Below the pieces are notes generated by a model. The model was not told the DNA's origin. It saw only the letters and a program-made list of their open reading frames with translations, and did not search any database. The position numbers were made by a program, and so were the translations under genes. Below, piece by piece: positions 48,346-58,400 of a stretch of 64,000 nucleotides of DNA. The DNA comes from Candidatus Pacearchaeota archaeon (GTDB lineage Archaea; Nanobdellota; Nanobdellia; Pacearchaeales; GW2011-AR1): contig JAAOYJ010000003.1 in the NCBI GenBank assembly GCA_018221285.1, positions 14,768 through 78,767 of the forward strand, in the 5' to 3' direction. Positions within the stretch are counted from its first letter, which is position 1. Each line of letters starts with the position of its first letter.

Positions 48346-49185
48346 CTAGGTGGATGCTTGTCTGAAAGATAAGTATCTCTCACTACCCAATTCAAAATCA
48401 TCCAACATATCAAAATTCTCCTCGATGAAATTAACAATCCAATTTCTCTTTACCTTGAACTTAGTTCTCTTAACCAAACTCCTCGTCGCAAAACTCACAA
48501 CAACCAGATCAACAAGTGGAACAAGTTCTCTAAGCAACTCTTTAGAATAATTTCTCCTTAACATTTCCAATGAATCCAACGTCTTAAACAAAAATATGAC
48601 TTTAGCTCCTTTTACTTGTTTAACATATTTCTTAATTTTAACAATTTCAAATAAACTCTCATGAATAGCTTTACCATTAATCTTTTCTTGTTTGAAATGA
48701 TAATTCATCAGATCAACTAACTGCTTCATAGCTTCAATACCAATATAAGAAAAATTCTTTACAACATTTCCAAGATACTTATAACTAAATCCATTAACAC
48801 CCGCACCTAAATCAAAAATAGTAACACTTTTCTTAAAATCCTTAAGCAACTTACTATAAAGTTCTTCATAATAAGGAAGTCTCTCCTTCGTCGACAAATG
48901 CTTCTTCAAAATCCATTCGTTCGAATTAAATTTTGGATTTAACTTCGGACGACGTAAAATCCTTTTAGATTTTGCATCTTCATCCCTATCTTTGATATTC
49001 AAAATCTTCTGACTTGTAAAAACACTAAAAACCTTTCTCAACAAATCACGAGTTAACTTAACTTTCTCTTCATCGCCATATTGATCTTTATCAAACTTTT
49101 CAAAAGCCAATTCAACATCTTTCTTAGGCAACTGAGAGAATTCTTTCTTTTGAGTTATCTTTTGGAAGAGTTCGGCATGATTCAT
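48346..49185 (-). CDS. FmrO/ArmA-like 16S rRNA methyltransferase family protein
   Basis: HLSTKERL (cf. H.ST.ERL), DLGAGVN, FLFK.L..LE, VVSF.TRSL, E..Y motifs. Confidence 0.75.
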   Translation of the reverse strand: MNHAELFQKITQKKEFSQLPKKDVELAFEKFDKDQYGDEEKVKLTRDLLRKVFSVFTSQKILNIKDRDEDAKSKRILRRPKLNPKFNSNEWILKKHLSTKERLPYYEELYSKLLKDFKKSVTIFDLGAGVNGFSYKYLGNVVKNFSYIGIEAMKQLVDLMNYHFKQEKINGKAIHESLFEIVKIKKYVKQVKGAKVIFLFKTLDSLEMLRRNYSKELLRELVPLVDLVVVSFATRSLVKRTKFKVKRNWIVNFIEENFDMLDDFELGSERYLSFRQAST

Positions 49186-49222
49186 GATTTAGAAAAATGG
49201 AAAGGGCTTTTAAGATATTCTA

Positions 49223-49555
49223 TTAAACAAAAGAACTTTCAATAGTATCCTTTAGTCTTCTTAATAAAAATCTTTCAGGATTATCAACTAATCTCTCTTC
49301 ACAAACTATTGATTTTAACTCATCCAAAATATCTTCCGTGAGGTCATTCTTATAAGCCTTCAATGAAGCTTCTTTAAACCAACGATAATGGACACTATCA
49401 CTCTCAATTCCATGCATAATTGCTAAATCCAGATCTAAAATTGGGAGCCTTGCCATATAAGCTAAATAATCTTTACCATCTTTCTTAAAATTAATCGGAT
49501 CCCATATGCTAAACCCTTCCCTGGTTTTAATATCTAGATAGTCTAATACATTCAT
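49223..49555 (-). CDS. Hypothetical protein
   Basis: ORF only. Confidence 0.5.
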   Translation of the reverse strand: MNVLDYLDIKTREGFSIWDPINFKKDGKDYLAYMARLPILDLDLAIMHGIESDSVHYRWFKEASLKAYKNDLTEDILDELKSIVCEERLVDNPERFLLRRLKDTIESSFV

Positions 49556-49616
49556 TATCTAAAGCATCATAACTATTTTAAAAACATTTATAGCATACAA
49601 AGCATATATTAAAAAC

Positions 49617-50510
49617 ATGGCATCAACAAATCAATCCCCTGCATACCTAAGAGCACACGGAGAATATCTAAACGCAGAAACAACAGAGCAGAAAATCCGT
49701 TGTCTTAAGAAAATGCTTTCTCTCTCTCCAAAACACAAGGGTGCAGAAAACATGAATGCTCAACTGAAACGAAGGCTTGCAAAACTTAAGTATACAAAAA
49801 TAAAAGAAGACAAATCTGGCAAGTCGTCTTTCAAAGGAATCAAAAAAGAAGAGATGCAAGCAGTTATAGTCGGTAATACAAATGTTGGAAAATCTTCCCT
49901 ACTTTCTGCAATGACCAACGCACAACCAAAAATCTCTGAGCACAAATTCACAACAACACAACCAATTATCGGAATGACCCCCTTCTCTGGAACACACATT
50001 CAACTAATTGAAAATCCCGCAATAGAATCTGAATATTACGATAGAGGTTTAACAAACACTGCAGACGTAATTCTAATCCTCGTTAACACCATCGAACAAA
50101 TTGCAGAGATTGAAAAAGCTCTCGGCAAGTCCTATGGTAAAAGGATTATCGTCTTCAACAACAAAGACAAGTTAGATGAAAGAAAAGTAAAAGAAACATT
50201 AAAGAGTAAGAAATACAATTTCATCATTTTATCAAAAGATAATTTGGAGGAACTAAAAGAAAAAATATTCAAAGGCTTTGGCAAGATTCGTGTTTTCACA
50301 AAAGAACCTCATAAAGGAAAAACTACTCGGCCAATGATTCTAAAGCCCAATTCAACTGTTGAGGATATTGCTGAAAAAATACTTAAAGGATTTTCAAAGA
50401 AAGTCAAAACCTCAAAAATCTGGGGCCCCTCTTCAAAATTCTCTGGGCAACAAGTTGGAATGAAACATAAGTTAAAGGATTTGGATGTTGTTGAGTTTAA
50501 GACTGGGTGA
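49617..50510 (+). CDS. OBG/DRG-family GTPase with TGS domain
   Basis: PKHKG, GNTNVGKS, FTT, TGS WG.S.KF.GQ.VG..H.L.D.DVVE. Confidence 0.88.
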   Translation: MASTNQSPAYLRAHGEYLNAETTEQKIRCLKKMLSLSPKHKGAENMNAQLKRRLAKLKYTKIKEDKSGKSSFKGIKKEEMQAVIVGNTNVGKSSLLSAMTNAQPKISEHKFTTTQPIIGMTPFSGTHIQLIENPAIESEYYDRGLTNTADVILILVNTIEQIAEIEKALGKSYGKRIIVFNNKDKLDERKVKETLKSKKYNFIILSKDNLEELKEKIFKGFGKIRVFTKEPHKGKTTRPMILKPNSTVEDIAEKILKGFSKKVKTSKIWGPSSKFSGQQVGMKHKLKDLDVVEFKTG

Positions 50511-50561
50511 AAGTATATTTCTCGTCGCAATAATTGATTTAAAGGAAGATGAATTCCTCCT

Positions 50562-50840
50562 ATGATGAATAAAAAAGAAATATTTAAGATAATTAGCTCT
50601 TCAATCTTGCCTTTTGTATTAGTTATCTTAGGAGGTTTAATACTCGAAGAGAAAAAGATTATAGGAATAATCTCCATACTTACAGGGTTTCTATTTCTAT
50701 ATTTTACTTATTACGTTCACTTAATAAAAATTAATGAAGATAAAATAAATGAATTAGAAAAATCAATAAAGGCAAAAGAGGAAATATTAAATACTTTAAA
50801 AGAAATAGTTATATTAAAGAAGGTTGGTAAAATAAAATGA
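50562..50840 (+). CDS. Small membrane protein with a coiled-coil tail
   Basis: Two TM helices. Confidence 0.55.
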   Translation: MMNKKEIFKIISSSILPFVLVILGGLILEEKKIIGIISILTGFLFLYFTYYVHLIKINEDKINELEKSIKAKEEILNTLKEIVILKKVGKIK

Positions 50841-50947
50841 ATAAACGGGCAAATTTTTCAAGTTCTGATATGTTAGAAATAATAAAAATAATAATCATTG
50901 GAATCATAGGATACATCATAATCAAAGCACTTTTAGGAGTTGCTTAA
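50837..50947 (+). CDS. Small single-TM peptide with a class III-like leader (36 aa)
   Basis: MNKRA|NFSSSDMLEIIKIIIIGIIGYIIIKALLGVA; ATGA overlap. Not in ORF track. Confidence 0.45.
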   Translation: MNKRANFSSSDMLEIIKIIIIGIIGYIIIKALLGVA

Positions 50948-50987
50948 TTAAATAAATTCAAATAATAATTGAAAGGAGGTTAAAAAT

Positions 50988-51341
50988 ATGAAAAAATTAA
51001 GTCAAATTGCAATGACTGGTGGAAGGATAATTGCCAAAACAGCTATTGTTTATGGATTAATTATTACTCCTTACGCTGTTTCTGACACTTATGCAGGATG
51101 GAGGGGGACTGGTTCTTCTGGAACAGAAAGCTATCACGACAAAAAACAAAGAAAACAGCCTAGCAAAAGATTCAGAAAATTTCAAAGACACGTACAAGAG
51201 AATCCTCTAACAGTTATTAAACCAATGATAAATATAGGAGATCCAACAGGAGTAACGAATAAACTTCTAGATGCTTGGGATAAAGGAAAATTTAAAGGAC
51301 GAATGCCACAAATGTTGAGAAAGGGGAGAAGAAAACAATAA
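50988..51341 (+). CDS. Hypothetical basic protein with an N-terminal hydrophobic segment
   Basis: Strong SD aaggaggt upstream. Confidence 0.6.
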   Translation: MKKLSQIAMTGGRIIAKTAIVYGLIITPYAVSDTYAGWRGTGSSGTESYHDKKQRKQPSKRFRKFQRHVQENPLTVIKPMINIGDPTGVTNKLLDAWDKGKFKGRMPQMLRKGRRKQ

Positions 51342-51428
51342 TCACTTCCAACCTTTCCGAATCGGCGCAATAATCTTCTCAAGATAATCAGCAACTGCTT
51401 TCTTTAAATCAGAAGGATGCAATTTTCC
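51342..51428 (-). pseudogene. 3' remnant of a second archaeal tyrosyl-tRNA synthetase gene
   Basis: Reads GKLHPSDLKKAVADYLEKIIAPIRKGWK*, matching the TyrRS C-terminal LHP.DLK motif; no in-frame ATG. Confidence 0.75.
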
Positions 51429-51433
51429 TAGCT

Positions 51434-51610
51434 TTATCCAGCAACCACAGTATTCCTCAACCCTAAATTTTTCGCAAGCCCTTTAATCTCGACAGGAACC
51501 ATTTCTCCTTTATTAATTTTATATCCTTCTCGAAAATAATGCTCTAATACAAATTCCTTTTCTTCACGCGACAACCTTTCATACTCTTGGGGTGAAATTT
51601 CTTTATACAT
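51434..51610 (-). CDS. Small hypothetical protein (58 aa)
   Basis: MYKEISPQEYERLSREEKEFVLEHYFREG...; ATG directly after the tyrS stop. Not in ORF track. Confidence 0.5.
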   Translation of the reverse strand: MYKEISPQEYERLSREEKEFVLEHYFREGYKINKGEMVPVEIKGLAKNLGLRNTVVAG

Positions 51611-51611
51611 T

Positions 51612-52691
51612 TTATCTCGTTATCTTCAAATCCTTAACAACATTATAGAGTTCTCTAGCTTTCTTATTTTTATCAAAGTATTTTCTTGTTGGAGAGATTA
51701 ATTTATCTAACTCTGCTGCACAGCTATTCTTCAAATCAAGAGGGTGTAATTTTTTCTGTATAAAAGATTTTTCCATTTCATTATAATTCTCAAAAGAAAC
51801 ATCTCCTCCAAATTTTTTGCTTCTTTCAATATTTACTGATTTAGTGTTTTTGAAAATTATGTATCTAAAATATTCCAGAAGAGGATTTCCTTCTACTTGT
51901 CCTTCAGGACAAAAAGCTTTGCTTAATTTATCTTTCAATTCTTTTGTTGTGTCATGCATATAGATACAGGTCCTAGGATCTGACTTAGACATTTTAGAAG
52001 CCATCAGAGTTTCTTCAGTACTTGCTTTTTTCTGCAAACCCTGTAACCCTAAAAGTATATGATGGTGGACCGCAACTGGTTTTTTCCATTTTAATTTATC
52101 TGCGACATCTCTCGCAAGCATATTTGCTCTTCTCTGATCCATCCCCAATTGGCAGATACCAATATTCATATGAAATATATCTGCAACCTGCATACTTGGA
52201 TAAAACAATTGTGCTGTAGTTATACTCTCTGTAGAACTTCTTCCTGCAATAGTTAATGATTTTCTAGTCCGATTAAAGCTAGTCTCTCTTGCTATTCTCA
52301 AAACCTTATCCCAATAAGAAAGGTCGTTCATAATTTCACTCGCCCATACTATCTCAACCTTTTTCAAATCAACTCCACAAGATTTCCAAACTTCAATAAA
52401 ATACTTTCCCGCAGTCTGAATATTGTCCAAATCTCCTCCTAACTTATTATTAATAAATCCAAAATAATCTGCCATATATAATTTAAACTTAACTCCTGCC
52501 TTAATCATATTCCGAAGGTTGGTTGCTCTCAATAATCCAAAATGGATGGGTGCAACCCCTGAAGGTTCAAAACCATCATAAGCTACAGGATTCTTATTTA
52601 TCTCAAACATATTTCGAAGCTCATTTTCAGTAACTATCTCCTCTGCAAAATCCTTAATCAATTCGACCTTCTTTTTAACATCCATATTCAA
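51612..52691 (-). CDS. tyrS: Tyrosine--tRNA ligase
   Basis: YDGFEPSG, YPSMQVADI, GMDQR, KMSKS, LHPLDLK; HIGH equivalent is HFGL. Confidence 0.95.
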   Translation of the reverse strand: MNMDVKKKVELIKDFAEEIVTENELRNMFEINKNPVAYDGFEPSGVAPIHFGLLRATNLRNMIKAGVKFKLYMADYFGFINNKLGGDLDNIQTAGKYFIEVWKSCGVDLKKVEIVWASEIMNDLSYWDKVLRIARETSFNRTRKSLTIAGRSSTESITTAQLFYPSMQVADIFHMNIGICQLGMDQRRANMLARDVADKLKWKKPVAVHHHILLGLQGLQKKASTEETLMASKMSKSDPRTCIYMHDTTKELKDKLSKAFCPEGQVEGNPLLEYFRYIIFKNTKSVNIERSKKFGGDVSFENYNEMEKSFIQKKLHPLDLKNSCAAELDKLISPTRKYFDKNKKARELYNVVKDLKITR

Positions 52692-52735
52692 ATAATCATT
52701 ATATATTTTATAAATCTATTCCAAAGAAAAAAGAA

Positions 52736-55213
52736 TTATCTATTATAATAATCTAAAAAAGCATTCCCAGTTATCTCTGCCCCTTCACTTGAACTTGATT
52801 CCGAAGTTTCTGTTGTTGTCTCAACCACATTATCAGAACTCCCTCCATCAGAAGTCCCATCAGTTTCTACAACATTATTTTCTGTTCCTCCAGAATCACC
52901 TTCTGTATTTTCTACAACATTATTATCATAATCTTCCTCATAATGTTCTGGTTCCTTATCTTCATAAAAACATTCACACCTTGTTCCACCATCTACACAA
53001 TCTGTTCTTGAAGCTCCAGGACAATCATCACTACACCCATCTTTACATTCACTCTCATCGTAAAATCCTTTCTCGGGGCCCCCATAATATTGTCCAGGTT
53101 CTCCACACAGACAATCTCCTCCTTCAAAAGTCCAAGGTCTTCCTTGATTCTCACAATTTTGAATACACGCCTTTTCCATCACTCTCCAATCTCCTTCTTG
53201 CTCTCTTCTCATCTCCCCTTCTTCCATCTTCCTCCTCTTCTGCTCAGGCCACTCTTCCCTCATAAAAATTTCACAATCAGGAGGCCAGTGTATTCTATTC
53301 TCCTTACATTGCCATGTTATCTCTCCTTGACCTTCTCCAGGCCCAGGACCATAATGGTCATCAAATTCATTTCCTTTATTATCATAACAATCTAATCTTT
53401 CCATAGAGTCTTCAATACTCATACAATCAGGACCTCTTCCTTGTCCAGAGAGTTCATACTTTCCAGGCCCTCCCCATGCATCAATAATCATTTTTCTACA
53501 TTGTCTTCCATCTAGGCCTTTACATTGTTTAGGTGTTCCTACATTTTCCATTATCCATTCTATGCATTCTTCATTAGAGAATTCAGCCGCATTACATTGG
53601 GAAGGCCTATCTTCTTTTCTTCCACTAGGGCCTCTAAAACTATCCATAAACCTCTTACATTCATCAGGGTCTGTTATTCCTTTTTTAGCGCATTGCGGAG
53701 CATGTTGCTCCATCATTATTTCATCACAAGCTCTTTCAAAAACTCTCTTATCAACCTCTCCTTCTTCTGCAAGTTTTACTAATGTTGCCCTACATTCTAA
53801 AGGAGCATTATTTTTAACCATCACAACCGCGCATTTATTACGTGTTGTAGCTCCTACCTCAACACATTCCCTTGGCATATGCATATCATATTGAGCCCCA
53901 TCCATATCATCTTCTAAATCTTCCCAAATTGGTTGTAGCCAATCAGGCAATTCAGGCATCTTTAAATTTTCTAAATCATCACAAGCTGTTTCATCTCCTT
54001 CAACATCACAAGCAGTAGCTAACGGAGCCGCCTTAGAACAAGCAATTGAAAAATCATAAAAAGGAATCGCTTCACAATTACAATCTTGCCCAGAAGTCTT
54101 AAAACATTTTTTCATAATATTTACAAATTCCCTAGCTGTTTTTTCTTGCCCTGCACTTAAATCCTTATGAAGTTTTTTTTGCCATTGAGGAGCGTCTTCT
54201 CCTGCCCTACACATTTTATCATATTCCATTGGATCTAATTCAGCTAATTGTTCACATAAAGCTTTAATCTTGCTAGAAATTTCAGCAGCAGTAGCAATTG
54301 AATGTTCTTTACTCATAACTTCCCTAACAAATTTTCCTCTTTCTCCTTCAGGAAGTTTATCTCTAATATCTTTCATAGTCGCTCTAATTGCAGCAGCACT
54401 TCTTTTTGCTTCTTCTTTTCTTTCAGGATCTATTTCATGCTCAAGTTCTTCTGCTAATTTCATATAGTCTTCCAAAGCAACTTTAGCACCTTCGATATCT
54501 CCTGCTTCAACCATTGCTTTAATTTCTGCAATTCTCTCTTCCTTAACATCTAATTGATCACCAAATTTATCAAAAAATTTATCTATAAAATAAAAAGTAT
54601 CTCCAGGGGTAGTTCCAGCTTCTTGTTTAAGTTCCTCGCCTTTATATTCTTCAAAAAACTCATCACCTTCATACCTACAACCTTCCCAAAAAACTACTGT
54701 AGGGCAAACCTCTCCACTTGTGCCCCCCAGGGTATCACAATCAGGGCCTCTAAAAATACTTTCGCAAGCATCTATTAATTCACATTGGTCTTGAGCCATA
54801 TCCTCACATCTATAATCTTTATCCTCATCAAAATCATCACTTATGCCCGCAAGAGTATCAAAACCTTTAACAATACATTTGCCATTTTCAACACCACACA
54901 TCGGTTTTCCGTTAGTCGGAGGTTGACACATCATTGCTGCAACTTTCTCTGCAGGAAAACATCCATCCCCACAATCTAAACATTTCAAATCTTCTTTCCT
55001 TTTCTCTTCAAAACCATAAAGTTCTTTACACTCAATAATACAAGGGCTTCTATCCACCTCTTCTGCGATATTCGCCTTACATTTAGTTACGCAATTATCC
55101 AAATCCATTGTCCTCTTACTAATAGTCTCAGCATTTGGAGCAGGAACAAGAGGCATAGATAAAAAACTAATTAAAAATACACAAACTAGTAAAAATTCCC
55201 AACCCCTTTTCAT
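52736..55213 (-). CDS. Secreted Cys-rich protein with a DUF5667-like helical domain
   Basis: Signal peptide, AGTTPGDTFYFID...EERIAE, many Cys-helical repeats, acidic tail ending ITGNAFLDYY. Confidence 0.75.
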   Translation of the reverse strand: MKRGWEFLLVCVFLISFLSMPLVPAPNAETISKRTMDLDNCVTKCKANIAEEVDRSPCIIECKELYGFEEKRKEDLKCLDCGDGCFPAEKVAAMMCQPPTNGKPMCGVENGKCIVKGFDTLAGISDDFDEDKDYRCEDMAQDQCELIDACESIFRGPDCDTLGGTSGEVCPTVVFWEGCRYEGDEFFEEYKGEELKQEAGTTPGDTFYFIDKFFDKFGDQLDVKEERIAEIKAMVEAGDIEGAKVALEDYMKLAEELEHEIDPERKEEAKRSAAAIRATMKDIRDKLPEGERGKFVREVMSKEHSIATAAEISSKIKALCEQLAELDPMEYDKMCRAGEDAPQWQKKLHKDLSAGQEKTAREFVNIMKKCFKTSGQDCNCEAIPFYDFSIACSKAAPLATACDVEGDETACDDLENLKMPELPDWLQPIWEDLEDDMDGAQYDMHMPRECVEVGATTRNKCAVVMVKNNAPLECRATLVKLAEEGEVDKRVFERACDEIMMEQHAPQCAKKGITDPDECKRFMDSFRGPSGRKEDRPSQCNAAEFSNEECIEWIMENVGTPKQCKGLDGRQCRKMIIDAWGGPGKYELSGQGRGPDCMSIEDSMERLDCYDNKGNEFDDHYGPGPGEGQGEITWQCKENRIHWPPDCEIFMREEWPEQKRRKMEEGEMRREQEGDWRVMEKACIQNCENQGRPWTFEGGDCLCGEPGQYYGGPEKGFYDESECKDGCSDDCPGASRTDCVDGGTRCECFYEDKEPEHYEEDYDNNVVENTEGDSGGTENNVVETDGTSDGGSSDNVVETTTETSESSSSEGAEITGNAFLDYYNR

Positions 55214-55292
55214 TACTCAATTAGGATAACTAAGTTTATAAAATTATTTATTAAATGTTTCTCAAATATGATTATTGTTCTCTTTTGTCCAA

Positions 55293-55369
55293 ACAATTTC
55301 GCGAGACTAACTATTGTCTGCGCCGAAGGCGCTGACGGGCGGGAGGGTAAGGGATTCGGGCGAAATTGT
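55293..55369 (+). mobile_element. MITE/REP-like element with perfect 10-bp terminal inverted repeats, intergenic copy (family B)
   Basis: acaatttcgc...gcgaaattgt; internal hairpins agac-N8-gtct and gcgcc-gaa-ggcgc. Confidence 0.8.
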
Positions 55370-55390
55370 AAAAATCCTCCAATTTACTAA

Positions 55391-55442
55391 TACATACATA
55401 GTAAGTAACGTTTATAAGGAGAATTACATAAATAGTAAGTAA
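55391..55442 (+). promoter_or_regulatory. Promoter with two 18-bp palindromic operator-like repeats flanking the TATA box
   Basis: tacatacatagtaagtaa (55391-55408) and tacataaatagtaagtaa (55425-55442), 17/18 identical; tttataag at 55411-55418. Confidence 0.65.
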
Positions 55443-58400
55443 TGGGAAGGACTCGATTAGCCAAAGCTACAGCCGTAGAACTATCAAGGATAATACATGA
55501 AGCAAAACAAAGGAAAGACGTTCTTGTTAGGTATTTGGAGAGATTGAACAAGCATCATTCTGAAGGGAAAATTTCTTATGATAGATATGTTGAGATACTC
55601 CACAAACATACAGATGGCAGAACCATTTCTGAATGGATTGAACACTATGAAGACTACATAAGAGACTTTGAAAAAAAATTAAGAAAAGAAAAGAAAACTA
55701 CCCTCATAAAACAATTAACATTAGGGTTATTTTTTATTTCTTTGATTTTTATTATTCTCAACTTAAACCTAGATATTACCCCTAAATTTGTGGGGTTCAC
55801 AATCCAAGAGCAAGAATTTTCACAAAACTTAGATTTAACCTTTGAAGAATCCGCCGAGTATGAATGGCAATTAGAAAACTTAGGGGAATTAACTTCAGTT
55901 AAATTATCAGGAATTATTGAAGGAGAAGGTAAAGTAAAAATTTACCTCGACGATTTACTAATTATTGATAGTTCAAAAATCAAAAAATCAAAGATAACTG
56001 GCGAAGTAATTAGTGATGATGAATCCAAACCAGTTGAATCATATTCAGAAGAAGTAAACGAGGCTCTTGAAGAAGATTCGAGTCCTTCCCAGGAGCCTCC
56101 ACCTTCTGAAACAAATGAAATTATTGAAGAAGATAGCACAGAAAATATTAATCAAACCGAAGAGGAAGAAGAAATTATTGGAACACCTTCACAAAATGAA
56201 TCATATTCAGAAACAGAAGAGGAGGTCATTGAAGAAGATTCGAGTCCTTCCCCAGATCAAGGTGACATCCTTGATCGCCCAAGCGATGAGCTTGGTGAAG
56301 AGGAGTCTCTACCTTCTGAAACCAAGAAAGAAAAAATAACAACAAGAACATTCAAAGATTCTTGCGAAGAAACTTGTGAATTAAACAACCTGAACAAAAC
56401 TTCATACACTCTAAAAATAGAAATCTCAAATGCAAAATTAAAAATCAGCGATATAAAATATACCATCCTTGGACAAATCCCTGCTGAAACCTCTGAAGAG
56501 AATATAACAGAACCAACCCCTAAAGAAAACGTCACAGAGATTCCTCTTCCTGAAAACGTCACAGAAAGAAACATAACTACCTCTAAAACCAATGTCTCCA
56601 CATTACAATACAAAGCAATAATCAACAAACCTACTAAATGGATTAAAACAATTAAGCGTAAGGAATCAGATCAACCCAACATCTCAATAGAACTTCCAAA
56701 AGAAGCTGAGAACATTTCAGTAAAAACTGGTGACGAAGTTCAACAAGCATTAGACGAACTCGAAGAATTCGATGAAACAATTGAACAAACTGACAGACAA
56801 AATTTTCTTTCAGGATCAATCACTGGAAATGTTGCTCTCGACATTAAACAAGAAAGGAGCATATTAACAAAACTATGGAACTGGCTAAAAAGCTTTACGA
56901 TCACAGGGAATGTTATTGGAGAGCAAGAATTGCAAAACGACATTACAGAAACTATTGACAAAAAAATAATTGATTTGGAAGAAATCATCAACCAAACTCA
57001 AACAACAGAGATCGCAGTCGAGTATTACACAGGGGGCCCAACAGCTATAGAGGAAAACATCAGCAACGGTAAAAGAGTTATTGTTTCAGGAGATGATGAA
57101 TTAAATTACACCGAGGTGCTAGCTTTCACAGAGATAGAAGAAAAATTTGAAGTGGGGCAAGAATCGAAAATTAAGGTTTATTGGAGAGAAGAAAACACAT
57201 ACATAAATTTCACAGCATATGATACCGACGACAACAACAAAATAGATTATGTAGAATGGATTGCTCCACATTTGAGCAACCAAACATTTGATATAATTAT
57301 TGAGATTATTAAAGCCGAGCATTTAGACAAAGACAAAGAATTTATCTCGGACATCTACAACGAAACATACCAATTAGATGATACTTGGAGTGAAGAAATT
57401 TCAAACAAACAGTATGTGAGAATAACTTTTGAGGTTCCACTAGACTCTTCAAGAGATATCACAATCTATCCAAGAATTACTAAAGGAAACCCAACAATAG
57501 AAGTTTATGAGGTTAATGGGACAGAACTAATCGCTGAATTCACAGATATCTTTTCAAATGAATACAATGAAGTTTTATTGACAAATCTAAATGGAACGCA
57601 AGATGTTTTTGATTTGAAAATTGTCGGAGGAAGTGTGGAGTTTGACCATATTGTTGATCCGGATGAATGGTCTGATACAGATTGGCCCTATCGAAAACAA
57701 ATAAATGTTTCAAACACTTATGGAGAAGATCTAATAGAATATCAAATAGAATTAATAATTGATACGGCAGCCCTTATTACTGCAGGAAAGCTGAATTCTA
57801 ATTGTAGTGATTTGAGATTCACTAATGCATCTGGAGGATTAATTTCCCATTATGTGGATGAAAATACTCGTATAGATTGTAATGAGAACGATACTCTAAT
57901 TTGGATACAAACAGACGTCTTAGTAAATAATGCCAACACGTCTTTTTACATGTATTACGGAAACTCTGGAGCGAGTTCGACTAGTAATGAGTTGGATGTT
58001 TTCAATTATACTACACCTACTCCTGTAATGGTGCCTGTAGGTACAAATAATGATGATGCAATAGAAGTAGTGAGTTATGCAGATGGAAACACAATTGAAA
58101 TGGGGGGATATTCTAATACACTTAGTGAAGGGGAAGTTGATACCGGTGTAGGTAGTCACTCTCAAAATACCTTATTAAATGTAACCCAACCCGTTGCAGC
58201 AATTTCTGATAGTACAGGAGATGCATTAGTGCCATTAAGCTTTGCTGGAACATTATTCTTACAGTATGGTGACAGAGCAGCAGGCACTACCACTTATGCC
58301 GCATATTCATTTGAAGATAATAACAAGGTTGCCGTACATACTGGGGGGTGGACTGAAGCAAGTAGTGTAATTGTGAACAAAGGTTCTGTTGGAACATTAA

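Noticed and set aside
51342-51610. A single gene joining the 58-aa ORF to the TyrRS-like tail by a frameshift
   Set aside because: Different frames, the ORF has its own stop at 51434-51436, and it shows no TyrRS similarity
56036-56253. Short internal repeats in the acidic linker of the giant protein
   Set aside because: Ordinary low-complexity coding duplication (ESYSE...EEDSSPS)
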